From contig OZ176053.1 of assembly GCA_964247055.1 (NCBI GenBank), forward strand, positions 3,286,001-3,350,000: 64,000 nt of DNA. The letters are read 5' to 3'. This document shows, one piece after another, positions 37,901 through 52,300 of the stretch. The position numbers and the translations under genes were made by a program. The notes below the pieces were generated by a model. It did not search any database. It worked only from the letters and a program-made list of their open reading frames with translations, and had not been told where the DNA came from. Source of the stretch: Paragordius varius. Taxonomy: Eukaryota; Animalia; Nematomorpha. Every line of letters starts with the position of its first letter. Positions within the stretch are counted from its first letter, which is position 1.

Positions 37901-38286
37901 TATAATCAGTATTTGACATATTGATTACATGACAATGAAGGGTGTTAAAATTTATACCTGCAATATTCCGATTTATTAAGGCAATTCTTTGTAGTACAAT
38001 ATGATTCAAGTAAGATCAACTTCCGACGACGCGATCAAATTATACCTGAGAGCTATTGCATTTTCCAATACATATATATGGTTAGGGATTCATCAATTTT
38101 GTTAATTTCTAATGAGTTGATGAGGTGCTGATGAAAAAAATATTAAACTTAAAATCCATTTTGATACGGATTTTTATTTTGCGTTTGAGCAAAACAAATA
38201 AAATTGTCTCATCTATAAATGGGTATAGGTTACTACCCACAGATAATAAAGCAACCTGTTTTACATAAATTAATCCTATTTAACAT

Positions 38287-38514
38287 CAGAGGCGTAGCTT
38301 GCATTTCCATGCGACCCCTGCATTTTGATAATGATCAAAAATAAACCGTGGTTATGAGCACTCACAAATGGGTGATTTTTTATTTGTTATTTAAAAATAA
38401 CACACTTTTAATGCCATTTATTTGAACTAAAGCTTAAATTTTTAAATTCCGTCGCCCCTTTAACTATGGCGCTTTGTGTATCAGCCCCCTTTTCCTCCTC
38501 TAACTACGTCTCTG
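38287..38514. mobile_element. hAT-type MITE
   Basis: TIR CAGAGGCGTAGCT / AACTACGTCTCTG. Flanks TTTAACAT vs TTCAACAT (7/8). Confidence 0.8.
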
Positions 38515-39464
38515 TTCAACATTGATTTCAATTTTATTATATATTCATTTATTTATTTATTTGCTAATATAATTTATTTAAAAACAATGCTATTGTACAA
38601 TTATAATTACTTTTTTGTTAGTGAATTAATGGAGTTTGTTTAAAATTAAGCTAAAATGCGTATCGGATAAAAATATAAATTTTAATTTTCTACTTTTATC
38701 GTTAAAATCTTTATCGAAAAAAATTAGAGTTTGGTCTCACCGGTTTGTGTTGCATATATGGCCGTGAGTATAGATAGTCAAATAAAATAGAGTCAATAAA
38801 TTATGTGAAATATAATAATAATGTAAAAAATGGCACGGAATATTTAAATTTTATGTTAAAAAATAATCTTTTGAAACAGCAAAAAAGTGTGTTTTTTGTA
38901 AGCTTCGTTTCCAATATGCATGAAATAAAAGATGATATTAATGTGTTTAAGTTTACTTTATTTTATTAACTTTAAAATTTTGGAAATTTCTTTACATAAA
39001 TTATGTCTCCTTTTACCATAATTTTAGGATTCAAAAATTACATCTCCATGCCAATAATATATTCATTAGTAACTAAGTTGTATATCAAAACATATTGAAA
39101 TATATCTGTTACACAACATTATTGATTATAATTACAAATCTATATCAATGTTTTAAATCATGATAATTTTTTCAAACTTCAAAGAGAATTTTATTTTTTT
39201 GAAATGATTGCTTGCTTGAAAAACTTTTATATATCAATGCATACTTATATATTTAAATTGCAATAATATATTACATCTCTTTTTTCATCCTTACAGAAAC
39301 TAAAAGGATCATTAACTGCTAAATGTCGCCATAAATATAAATGATCCATCATGTTTTTAAAACCGTGTGATAAATTTACAAAATATTTGAATAGTAGCCA
39401 TTTCATTTCAATAATTTATCATCATTCTCGTTTATAAATGCAGGTATAAAGTTTTCATTTTTCA

Positions 39465-39725
39465 TTTACATCAAATTCACGCTCGAACAATTCAAATTCA
39501 CCCTAAATGTGTTTTCGGGCTAATATAACGCATCATTAATATGAAATATACTTACGATATAGTTTATTATTTTTTCAGTATTATTATACCAAATTTAAAC
39601 GTAATTTAATTTTAAACATAAAAATATAAATAATTTTTTAATCTAATTTGAATTGTTCGAGGGTTAATTTGATTGTTCGAGGGTGATTTGAATTGGTTAA
39701 GGGTACATTTGAATTGTTCGAAGGT
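39465..39725. repeat. Second copy of the 21-bp-unit foldback element
   Basis: Inverted arrays of the GAGGGTGAATTTGAATTGTTC-like unit at both ends. Internal ATTAATATGAAATA...TAGTTTATTA shared with 7070-7348. Another fragment at ~44135-44170. Confidence 0.65.
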
Positions 39726-40327
39726 TGAACCGTAAATAGTATATAATTGAATCATTTTTAGTCTGAAATTTTGGTCGCTAATTTTCTCAAAAAGCTCCAA
39801 ATATTTTTTTTATAAATAATACTTAACTAAATAAGATACGAATGAAATTCAAATATTATTTTATGAATATTTATACTTTATGATATTATGTTTAATTTTG
39901 AAAATCTGGAGGCGATTAGCTTAGCCGAGAAAATAAATCCCTACACTTACAATAAATTTAATGCTTAGTAGATTATTGTTAAATATTTATATGTTATAAT
40001 ATTTGATTAATGATGAGGTTACACATACTTAAATATTAATTAATCTTGAATTAGGCACTTGAAGATGAGTGCAAGAAAAATTGGTCAGATAATATTAAAT
40101 AATTTATTCCGAAAATTAATTAAAAAAGGAGAAACGTGAATGATAAATCGGTCCTCTGAGTTCCAGGATTTTTGTGTATTTATTCATATTCAAAAATAAA
40201 CTAATCTCTCCTCCCACATTCAGCAAGAAGCATAGTTCTCATATTATTAAAAACATTAAATAATATTTTTGATAGTACATTTTTTAGCTTTACAGTATGC
40301 ATTTTATTTTAATGGTTGCTTATTTCA

Positions 40328-40449
40328 CACTATAGTAGGGAATTTGCAACACAAGTAGTATTTGGAAAAAGCAACAAAATGTTGAATAAACAATTATATC
40401 CTTTCTTTTTTCCATACACTCTTGTGTTGCGAATTGCCCAACTATAATG
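40328..40449. mobile_element. Small palindromic MITE
   Basis: CACTATAGTAGGGAATTTGCAACACAAG...CTTGTGTTGCGAATTGCCCAACTATAATG|TA. Confidence 0.65.
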
Positions 40450-43084
40450 TAAATAACAAAATTATTTTTTAAAATAATTAATGATATCATCTTAAGTTTG
40501 GTATAAATAGTTTGGGGTTATTTTAATTTTCCACTTTGCGGTAAAGATATATCCAATCATTTTATAAGAAAATTATATAAAAATCTGCAGACTTGATTGC
40601 GAAAAAATTTACTATATATTTATTTAACATGCGTAAATTAACTTCGATAACAGTATTTGTCACTTATATTTTTTTAAATTTAAAAAAATGATTCACTAGC
40701 ATTACAATATTATTGCTTCTTCTGCTAAAATTTCGATAACACCATTTCAGATTTCAAAATAAATCCAACATTTTTTGCTTAACTAACATTTTATCCATAA
40801 AAGATATAAATCTTAATACTAAACTTGTAATGTTTCTGAAAATATCTTACCACACAATACTTGAATTCTTGCTCTAAAATAAATCATACTTAAGCCATAC
40901 AGCTTTAACGCAAAATTTTATTTTGGTTTTAAGAATAATATCCCATTTTCTTATTTTCGAATAAATCGAGGTTTTATTCAAAAGTCAAATATTATATGTA
41001 AATTTACTTATAAAACAATAAATTTCCCTCACCTTTATCCGATTCTAAAAAGGTATGTTTAATTTTAACTTGCCAAGCTACATATATTATAACAATGTTC
41101 AATATAAACTTTTTTATCGTATAATTTTCGGCAAATGACTTAATGAAAAGCTAAACGCTTTTTAAATTACGTATTTTACTTCGACTAAGATTGGATTACG
41201 GGTTAAAAATAATGTTCGTTTATAATTCCATCACCTAAAAATAAAAAATGTCACAACTAATTGAAGTTAAATAAAGTAACTATAGAAATTAGTTTTGATA
41301 CTGTATATGCATATATTGATTATCAAAAAAATACAATTGATAAAAAAATAATTTTAGGTTTTAGCGCAATTATTTTATAATTCATAATTATATTTTTACG
41401 TGAATCGACTAACACTTTTATAGTAGTAAGTGGTGAGGTCTAACAATTTTTATACTCAAATATTACATGGATTTTATTTTGCATTTTGTAAATCATATAT
41501 ATTTTGTGTTCAGTATAAAACTAACGCCTACTTTTGACCTTAGCCAATCTAAAACCATAACACATAATAATATCTACTTATAATCAATCTGTTTTTATAG
41601 GAAATCTTATTCTATTAATGATTTTTTATAAATTTTAAGGATTTATAATATGATTAAATACAAATCAGAGACTTCTATGGAATATTGATGTGGAAATGAC
41701 AATGAGAAAAAATCAGAATATATTGATTGATTTTTACTCCTATTATTTTTTGATCTTATTTGCGTTTACATTTTCTATTCACGATGTCCTTCTGAAATAT
41801 TGCAAAACAAGATAATTTGTATAACACTATTATGATATAGATGCCATGTATAATTATTGAGACTTAATTAACAATTATTAACCACATCCATAGTGCACAT
41901 AAAATTATCATGATGAATAGATAGATATATTCTAAAAAAATTGATTTTATAATGCAGTTTGTTTGAAAGCTACGTCAGTAAATTAATTTCAATTTCGTTT
42001 ATTTCTCCAAAAAGTTGACAGTAATGAGCACATATTAATATAATTTTTTTGTGTAATACATATTATTATAATTTATATTTTTAAAGGTCGACCTTTTTTA
42101 AAAATTAAGTAAATTTGCCCCATATTTTTTCATTATAATTGTATTCTATAAACTTTATAGTTAATTAAGGCGAACGAATGTTTTATCCAAAAATTTGTAT
42201 TTTAAAGTATTATCTACCGTGCAATACCTTAATATACACTTTTACAAAATAATGTTGAAATTTGATTATTAAATCATTTTGCATATCAGGGGGCAAAAAT
42301 TTATCCCAATTATACCGCAATATTAAATTATCGATTTAACCTATAAAAGGTTTTAAAAAAGTCCGTTTTGTTGAAAAAAATTGGTTAATTTCTAAAATTT
42401 AATATGTTACATAAATCAATATAGTTATAACTATTTATAGATCTATTTAGTATAAAGTCACTTTGCATTTCGACTTTTTAAGTATAAACGGAGTAATTTT
42501 GAATTACTAAATCCAAAAACAGCACAAAGCTTGATATTTATATCGGAATTATGAATTTCGTGGACATATGCCCAATGTTTTAATAATTTTTATGATTTAA
42601 CCAGGCGTTAAAAATAGCTTCTCGGGCTACATTTTCAACTCAAAAATGCAGCAACACGCATTTTGAAAAAAGTTAAACATATGATAAATATTTTATTAGT
42701 TTTTAAACATGGGAGGTGAAAAAAATTTAATCATAATTATTTCACTCATTTAATTTACGAATTATTTGGAACATAGATTTTGAGATTTGAATATTTTTGA
42801 AAATCATATTATTAATATTATTTTTTATTCGAATGCCGCGTGTTGAAGACCCCAGTTTGAGACGTTATTTATATTAAAATCACTTGCAATTTTGGCCCGA
42901 AAAGGATATTCGATATTAAAATTTGCTTTTTTAATTTTTAGTTAAAAACGATCTCAATCCCAGTAAGATCGCACAATGTGTGGACAAATCAATAATTAAT
43001 TATAAGGGGTTATGTTGCATATTTTTTAGTATACAATTTCAAATTATTGTTAGTTTTTACTATTATAATCATGGATGAATGAGA

Positions 43085-43125
<41 letters not shown>

Positions 43126-45211
43126 GCATCCAAAAAATATTTTATCAAGACTTTTAATATGATAAATGACTCCTTAGAGTGTTGTGAGATCATAAATTTA
43201 GTCTGATTTTTAGCTCCGCCTATTTTCATTCGCCAATATCTGGTGTATTATTATTTTACAATGATGATTTATTGAGGTTAGCAAAATTTAGTACCACCCC
43301 ACATTTGCCTTATGCATCCTTTTCAAGGTTTTCTGAAATCAAATATATAAATCATAAATTTAAATTTTTATATAGTCAGTAATTCTGAATTTACAATGTA
43401 AAAAAATGCAAAATTCATAAATAATACTATCTAAACCAAAAAATGAAATTTGTTTTTTCTCTCATACAATGCCATATAATTGGATACGGTTAAGGTTGCG
43501 TCTAATCTGTCACCTGATTAAAATTAATGAAAAAAAATGATAAAAAACTTAAATCTAAGGTAAATTTTAAAATTTTAAAAAATTTGCAATAATCGTTATC
43601 AATAAAATATTAATAAATTTAAAACCGATTTGAACGGCCCACTTTATTGAGGTTGCGGTCAGACCAGCTATTATTTTTTGACCGATTCTCGCTACGGTAA
43701 TGAGTATTTTTTGTTTGTTTGAATTAAACAATGCCTGATCACAATGGTTTAAGTATTAAATTTAATGTCTTTAAGTTTAACCCATTTGTATCATGCATAT
43801 TATAACATAAGCAAAGTATATAAAATGGTTATAAAAGACATGATATTTCACTATTTTTACATAAAATTGACTTTATTTTTTGTTCTATAAATTCTATTAT
43901 ACCTTAAACTTTTTATTATAATCTGCTTTAATGTGCAAACATGTTTTTATTCTATGCAAAATAAAAAAATTACAAAATAAATAAATTAAAATCATTAAGA
44001 AAAATTTATGGGTAAATGAAGCCGCAAATTGAATTTTATTTTGTTAATTTTAAAATATGCATGCATTTTTACCAATAAATTTGGAATATGCTATTCTATC
44101 ATAAAAATCTATCAAATCATATACCATTTACAATTCAAATTCCCCCTCGAACAATTAAAATTCAACCTAAAAATAAATTGTGTTCTCGGGCTTATATACA
44201 TCATAAAGAAATATATCTTTATAGCTAAGTTTGTTATTTTTTCAGTATTATTTTAATTTAACAAAATCATATTTTCAAAAAATAAAAACAAATTAGTATC
44301 CTAAATAGTTGATAAATATATATATGGATTTATTAATATTAAATCTATAATTCTATATTTATTTTGTGGTTAAACTAAGAAAATTAACATTTTTATAGCA
44401 AAAACAAGTCTTATTTAGTTATGGAATTTTTATTTTAATATATAATATGTGATCCAATTTAGGATTATATTTTATACTTTTTTAATACCGACGATATAAA
44501 TATTAATGAATTAAAACATTAGCGTTAATTCCAAATATTACCGATTTAATTAAAAGATAATTAAAATAAAAAGTTCAAATATCATTTTTTAGGGATTAAG
44601 TGTGCGGTCTGTTTATTATATTAAACAAAAAATCACTTACTAAAATAATTTTATCTATATTAAATCTTTAAAAAATGTAGATCCTTTTTTATGCGGCTTT
44701 AAATTAAATTAACTATATATTAACAATAAATTTTGGTCGCTTTTTGTAATATTGAGATAGATCAGATTACTATTGATTTCACAAGAAAATTTTTCTTATA
44801 AATCTTTATATTTGTCAAATTTAAAATCTCTTTAAATTCAATTATAATTTGGAAAACATTTCAGTCCAGACCTATTGATTCATTATTGAAAGTTTTAAAG
44901 TTTTTTTTAATCCAAAACAAATAACAGAGGTGACAATAAACTAAAATTTATTACAAACAAAATACATAACCAGTTCTTTCATTTTGGGATCTAACATTAT
45001 TATTTTAATATACTAGTTTTCAATCTAGGAACGTTAGTCAAATGAAATAACAAATTTATGTAAAATATCCAACATTTTCCAAAAAATCGTTGTATTTTAT
45101 ATACACTGGATATAATTAAATTTAAGTACCCAATATCTTTGTGAGAAGTCTGATCAAACATCACATTATTATAAATAGAATGTCTCATGAAATATCCTTA
45201 CAGCACCTTGT

Positions 45212-45247
<36 letters not shown>

Positions 45248-47005
45248 AAATTTGTCTTGCCAAACTCTGGGTTATATTTTAATATTCAGAGGCTAATAAA
45301 AATTCTTAATTTATGTAACATGAATATTAATTACCATATATACGTAACTATTTTCTTAAAAGTAATGTTCCTAAAAGCATACATTTTCCACACTTTTAAT
45401 CAATGATTATAGTATGAATTCATTATTACATTTTTCTGATTATCCAGAGATTTTTTAAGTGTTATTTATATACAATGTTTTTATCTAGAATACAGTAAAA
45501 TAAAAATAAAATATGCGATAATAAATAAAACTTTTAATTACACACTTTGTGTACTTTTATGCTTTTAACATTTTTAATTAAAAAATTTTTTGTATTTACT
45601 ATAATTATGGAGTTATGGAAAAATTCTGATTGATACAATATTTTTCAATCTAATTTTCAATGATTATAATACTAAACCTATTTTCTCATATAAATGTCAA
45701 ATCTGTCGTTGATTTTTGTTTTCTTTTTAGGCAGATCAAACCATTACTTTGATAATAATTAATTACTGTATCCCACCCTCATAATGCCCCATTTGAAAAA
45801 GATTTTTTTTATATAAACAATGTATTTAAACCAGTTGTTTTACGAATGGTTTCGCGGGCCCCTTTCCAAAAATATATGGGCAATAATAATTTTATTGGAT
45901 TTCAAGCATCTGTAAAAAAATGAAGACAGTATTATTACTATTCAGTAATTTTTGCTTTTTCATTGCAAAATTTAGAGAGATTTATTTAGATTATTTGTTT
46001 AATCATCAATTTTGCTAAAATTTTATAAACATTTTTGCGAATTTATCAAATTTTGTAGTTTATTGGTTAATTGTCAAATTTTTAGCGGATTATATCACAT
46101 ACGCGGACCGCGTGATGAACGCCCCTTATACGAATTAAACAGATGTTGATAATCAACTATACGACATAATAAGGTCCTAGTTTTTGAGTACAAACGTTTA
46201 AAATCTCTAATGTAATTTCTCACAAATGAGGGGTGGGTGGCCATTATACGGTTCGTGTATTTATAAATGACGTTGAATATTTAAGTTTTCCTATATGGAA
46301 TATTTTGACCCTTGATACGTGTATTGTGAATTATTAGAGTTATATCGTATTCTTAGGTGACAAATACAGTTTTGTCCAAATTTTATTTTTACATCTATAA
46401 AGAATCTACATGGAAACTTACAACCTTGTTTTTACACTAAACAAAATTTAATTAAGGGTTTATCCGTTCAAGATTGATAATAGATATTTTAATGCAATCT
46501 TCTGTTAAATTTTGAAGGAAGAACTTTTTTCCCATTCTTTTTTTGTTTGTCATTTTTTTTAATTAAACTTTTTATAATCGCCTTAAACCTCACCATAAAT
46601 AAAATTGACATATTAATGAAATTCCCCCTCAAATTTTAAAAATTAAAGAATTTTTTATTTTTAAACATAGTAATTTGTTCAAAAGGTTTTTTAGAAAAAT
46701 AAACACTCTTATAAAAAAGCCTAATAATCTTAAAAATGTTTTAGCGTTAAATACTATTGTTCATGTTTAACCGGATATTTTTGATGTTCTTAATAAATGT
46801 ATATTAATAGAAACAAAATATTTTTTAATAAAAGGTCCAATTTATAATAAGCCATTTGAACTAATACTATTTTTAAGTTTTTGGCAAACCATATTACCAG
46901 CTATTTAAGTTTAATTAATCAATGATTTCATTTATTATTTTAAAATTGTATTGATTTAATAACAAATGAACAATAGAAAGTTCCAACCCCAAAAAATCTT
47001 ACATA

Positions 47006-47292
47006 CAGTAAGAATTAAAATTATGCGAACAAAACGTTAAAATATAAAGACAAAATTTTTTTTCAAAAGACAACCATACTTTTTCAAGCTTGATTTTTCC
47101 TCTATAAGCTATTTAATTACAGATGTAAAATATAAAATTGATTGTGTTAGAAATATATATCTGTATTTCACACTTTATATTTAATAATAAGTTATAATCA
47201 AAATAATCAAATATAAAACGTATGGTTGTCTTTAAAAAAAAATATTTGTCTTTATATTTTACGTTTTGTCTGTATAATTTCAATTTTTAGTG
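47006..47292. mobile_element. Tc1/mariner-type MITE (CAGTAAAAAT family)
   Basis: TA|CAGTAAGAATTAAAATTATGCGAACAAA...TTTGTCTGTATAATTTCAATTTTTAGTG; similar to 17324-17584. Confidence 0.7.
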
Positions 47293-49366
47293 TTTTAGAC
47301 ATAATTTATAAAAATATTGAACTTTTTAACTAACGCTGCAAAATCTGGCAAACAAAACACCGTGAACTCTCGAAAAAAATTTAACTAACGAAAATAAACA
47401 ACTTAAAGAAGAGAGTCAACATTTTAGATTTGTAACTGAAACATCTATAGTTTTGATCACAATATATATTAATATATATTATGAATTATGTAGAAGCATA
47501 ACCATTTAAATAATATAATCAATAAAAATCCATATAAAATCCAACATTATAATATTTAAAATGTTTGCCTTGTCAACGTTTTTACAGCTCTTTGGGGATT
47601 TCTTGTTTGCCGACAGTGCCAATAACAGATACTTTATATGTAAATATTTTAAATTTAAATATTATAAAATTTAATTTATATATCCAATATGGACACTTAA
47701 ATGCTTTTCATTCACATAAACTAATAGTCCATTAACTCGAAACAGATAAATCAGGGTTTTGGCTGGCCTAGAGACGGAACTACGAGCCTGCATTTTTAAT
47801 TTTTTAGGGTGTATTTTAAATTTAGGGAACATTCTTTTTTTGCAGAAGAACCCGTGACTCTTACATTTTTAACGTTCAAAATATAAACCAAAATGTGCTT
47901 TAACCCTTAAAGTTGGTATTGACTTTCAGCTTGATTGAAATAGATAATTTTTCTGAGCAACATAATTTAGATTAACCTTTTGATTTAACGTAAAACACGT
48001 AAAATCGGTTTTCCAATATATATATTGTCAATACATATACATGTAAAGTTAGCTTGTTATCAGCAAATAAATATCTATAACGGTGCTTCTTGAAGAATTA
48101 ACCAGCACATTTTTTTTTCAGACAATTTGCTTATTTATCACAGTAAGAGCTAACAAACATTTTAGATTGTGCCTCTTAACAAATCTATCTATAAATTTAA
48201 TTTGTAGCAATATCTTGCTTGATATTACATCTTCTGTCTGATCATTATTAAAAAGAAAAAAAACATTAGTAATATTCACCAATTTTTACATTTTTTTCTG
48301 TTGTTTTAGAGTAAGTAAACACTCACAATTTTTAGCATAATAACTAATAAAATAATAAGATATACAAAAACTTGTTGTGAGACAGTTGTGTGAAAAAAAT
48401 ACGCACAAAATATTTTTTGACCATTTTTATCTGCCACCATTCATTTGTCCGTTGATAATATTCCCATCCATTCCCTTCCCTTTTAAGCCATTTTTTTTAT
48501 CAACGATTAAAAATCTTATTCTAGTCACATAATGTTCATTCGGATGATTATCTTTAATTAAAAATTGTTCTCTCTCTCGTTCTCTTTACCTGTGCTTGTT
48601 TGAAGAATTTTTTTTATAATTTGTATATTATTCAAACATTTTTATGGAAAAGTTTATTAATACCCAGATAAATTTAGTAGCTAAATATTTTTTTGCAAAA
48701 AACGAAATTTTATCATAAATTATTCCACAATTTTTTTTTGGTAAGAATGCGAAATTTACATTTATTTTTACATAAATATATATATTTATAATTTATAATT
48801 GAATTATAAATGCAAAAAGGACCGTATCATAAAAATATTAATATTCATATTTAATATGTATGAAATGTCCGTAATATATTTAATATTCTTTTACGCATAT
48901 CCAGATTTATCAAGAATATTTTTTTCTTGAAGAGAGGCCTATTTGCGCTCCTTAAATCAATCATAATTACAAAATAATAATAACAATAATAATATTTATT
49001 GACTTTGAAAAAAGGAAAAAAAACTTTGTAAACATTTTGGCAAAGATCAAAGATGGATATTCTGTGTTGTGCCTTTTGGAAAACCACCAATTTTTTCCCA
49101 CACATAATGTGACTTTAATTATAATATATTGATGATGTTGTATGACAATAATTGTAATAAAAATAAAAATAATTATTACTTTTTCTCTAAAAACTAAGTT
49201 TTTTTTCCAAAAAACTTTGCATTCTATTTCTACCATCCACCGCGCGTATTGATTAACCAGTGTGGTATCTCTCATTTTGAAATATTGGCCAATATTCTGT
49301 ATAGTGTTGGTAACACTTAATCAATGATTTTACGCGATAAAAATGATAACGTAACAAGCTGCATCT

Positions 49367-52300
49367 ATGAGATCCTTCAATGCCAAAATTGCAAAATTCG
49401 TAATTCTTGCCGTCCTACTATATGCTTCCTACGTTTATGATTGGAAAAGATCAACCATTCCTTATTCTGCAAATGCCCTAAGTAAACTTTTAATTTTTTG
49501 TAATTTTTTAATATTTCATAGAAATTAACAATTGTAATTGTTAAATCCGTGAATGATATAAATGATATGAAAATTAAATTGAAATATTATTTAATAATTT
49601 TTTAGTATTTATAATTTAATTTTTGATTTAATTTCATATCGTTTCTAGTTAATATTCGATTTGGTTTTCTTTTATATCATGAATCCCACAGATTTAACAA
49701 TTGTTAGCAAACATTATCAATCCATTATTATCATTACAATATACCACCGGTGTTCAGCCCAATTGGCTTCACGGGCCGCATTTGCGGGTCATAAAATCCG
49801 ACGGGCCTTATTCGTAAAATATTTTATTAGAGTTTAATGTAAGACTGTAAAAACAACTATTTATTTAAACAGTTATTGCTAGTTCATTGCTAAAATTTAA
49901 AGAGATTAATCAGAAAGTTTATTTAAAAAAATAATTAATTACATAGTCGTAAAATTTTGTAATTGAAACTTTTCCTGGGCTGCAAAAATATATAAGGGCC
50001 GCATTTTGAACACCCCAGTTCTGTTAAAAATTTCTTTACCAGATAGGTTTATCCATATATTTTTTATTCATGACTGATTATATAATTTTTTCCAAAAATT
50101 TGGATATATTGTTTTTATCAGGTTTTAATAAAACATTATTTTACCATGTAATTGAAGTTTTTAATTAAAACAATTTAAAAAATATAAAGTTAGACTTAAT
50201 ATCACAAAAATATATTGCACGATATCATACGTGCATAATATGTGGTTATTAATACACCGCATTACGATCAAAAGAACCGCTCAAAGGCAATACAAAATAA
50301 CTTAGCAGTATGAGTTTGCATCCCTTGTTTCTTGATATATTACCATTTGGAAAATATGAAACACTTTAAAACTAAATTAAACAATTATATCAAAAAAATT
50401 TTAGAAAAAATTTAAAGTTTGAAAATAAGTGGCAAAATTTACAGTATGGATAAAAATACATTGCTGGTTTTTCATTAATTTTGCAAGATAGCATTTAAGC
50501 ATAGGGCAATAAGTATGGCTTATAGTTATTTCTTTTGTTATTTATTGCTAACCAATAATAATGCTCTTTGCTGCATATGCTATACATTTTCAGTCAAAAG
50601 CAACCATTTTTCAAGCATATGCAACATTTTTTCGATATCTTTGCTTGAAAAAGTGTTGCGTTTAGTCGAAAAAATATTGCTTTATGGTATATCTGGCAAT
50701 ATTTATTAAGGAAATAGCATTGTATATTTAATCATTTATTTTTTCCCCATGGTTTAGTGTGTAAATGCATAATATACAGCAGTCTTTATAAAGCCGAAGG
50801 TAAATTCACATCACCCAATTATCCCACACCTTACCATTATCGTATGTTTCAAAGCTCTGGGCAACGAAATAACCCTCAAGCCATGTCTTATTATACAATT
50901 GGCATCGCTTCTGAAAACTCTAATGCTAATGGTAATAATAATAATACCTCAACAACAGTAAATGATTTATGTCTCCTTTATTTTTTCTTGGGTCAAAGCA
51001 ATGATCTCGTTCATATTCAATTCGAAGATTTGGATATTGGTAAGGGTAAACTATTCTTGGTTTGGGTAGCTGGTAATTCGTTTCATAAAACATTTTATGG
51101 GGTAATTATTTTTTGAGGATATTGAAAAGTATGGTGGGCTACTTTTAGCATATCTTTGCATATAATATTTTAAGGGTAATTATTTTTTAAAGAGATGAAA
51201 CAGTAAGGTTAACATCCAATTTTAAGTAATAAGAGTATATTATTTTTGATTTTGGGCGACTCTGGTTACTCGTCTGAGAATATCTTTTAGTAAACAATTT
51301 TAAAGGGTAATTTTTTATAGATATAAATGTATGGTAACAACACACAATTTAACTATTGGTTAAACTATTTTTTGGCTCATTACGTTAAAGATAATCTCTG
51401 GGGTAATTATTTTATGAGGAGATTTGGTATATAATTTTTGATTTGGGCTATCGGGTTTCATGAAATATATCAAAGGGTAAATGTTTTTTGAAAGGAATTA
51501 TTAATATAATATGGTCAACATACAGATTAAAGCAAGGGAATCGTAAATATATTTATGTGAAAAAACGATAAAATAATATTTATTAAAAAATTGTTTTTTA
51601 TGGCAAAACGATCGGGTAATTAACTTATGTGGCTTGATACCTAAAGTAAAACCATATCCGTAAACAATATTAAGAGACCACTGTTAAAATTTAAATATAA
51701 TCCCAAACAGTTTTCCAAAACCCAATGTCTATGATAATTTTTAGCTATAAAATATCATTAATAAAATTATAATTGAAAAATTTTAACATATTGACATTGA
51801 TTGCGATATTATTTTTTTGGAAATTTTAATTATGAATCCATTTATTTGCACTTGTGCATTTAAAGATTAATCCAAATAAAATTTACCTTGTATCATAACA
51901 CATTATCAATAACGATATAAAAATTGTTTTTAGGAAAATTCATTATTTTACAAAAATATTTGATTAAATCAACCCTTTTTTTATTAAAATTACATAAGTT
52001 GACAGACCAAACTGTAACAATGAATATATCGAAATATTTGATGATGAAACGTCCCTTGTTTCACGGGATTTAGTAACTCACTCACTTAATGCCCATCTAC
52101 AAAATCATCCAAGGCTACATGAAATACCAAATGTTGACGCCACAAAAAACACTATAGACAAAAAGAATGTTAAAATTAAAGTAACCCATATAACCAATAA
52201 TAATAATACATTATTGTGTGGTACTTTATTCAATAATCTTCACCAATCCGAATTTTATAGCCGAAAAAATTCACTCGTATTCCTATTTTATGCCAAAGGG

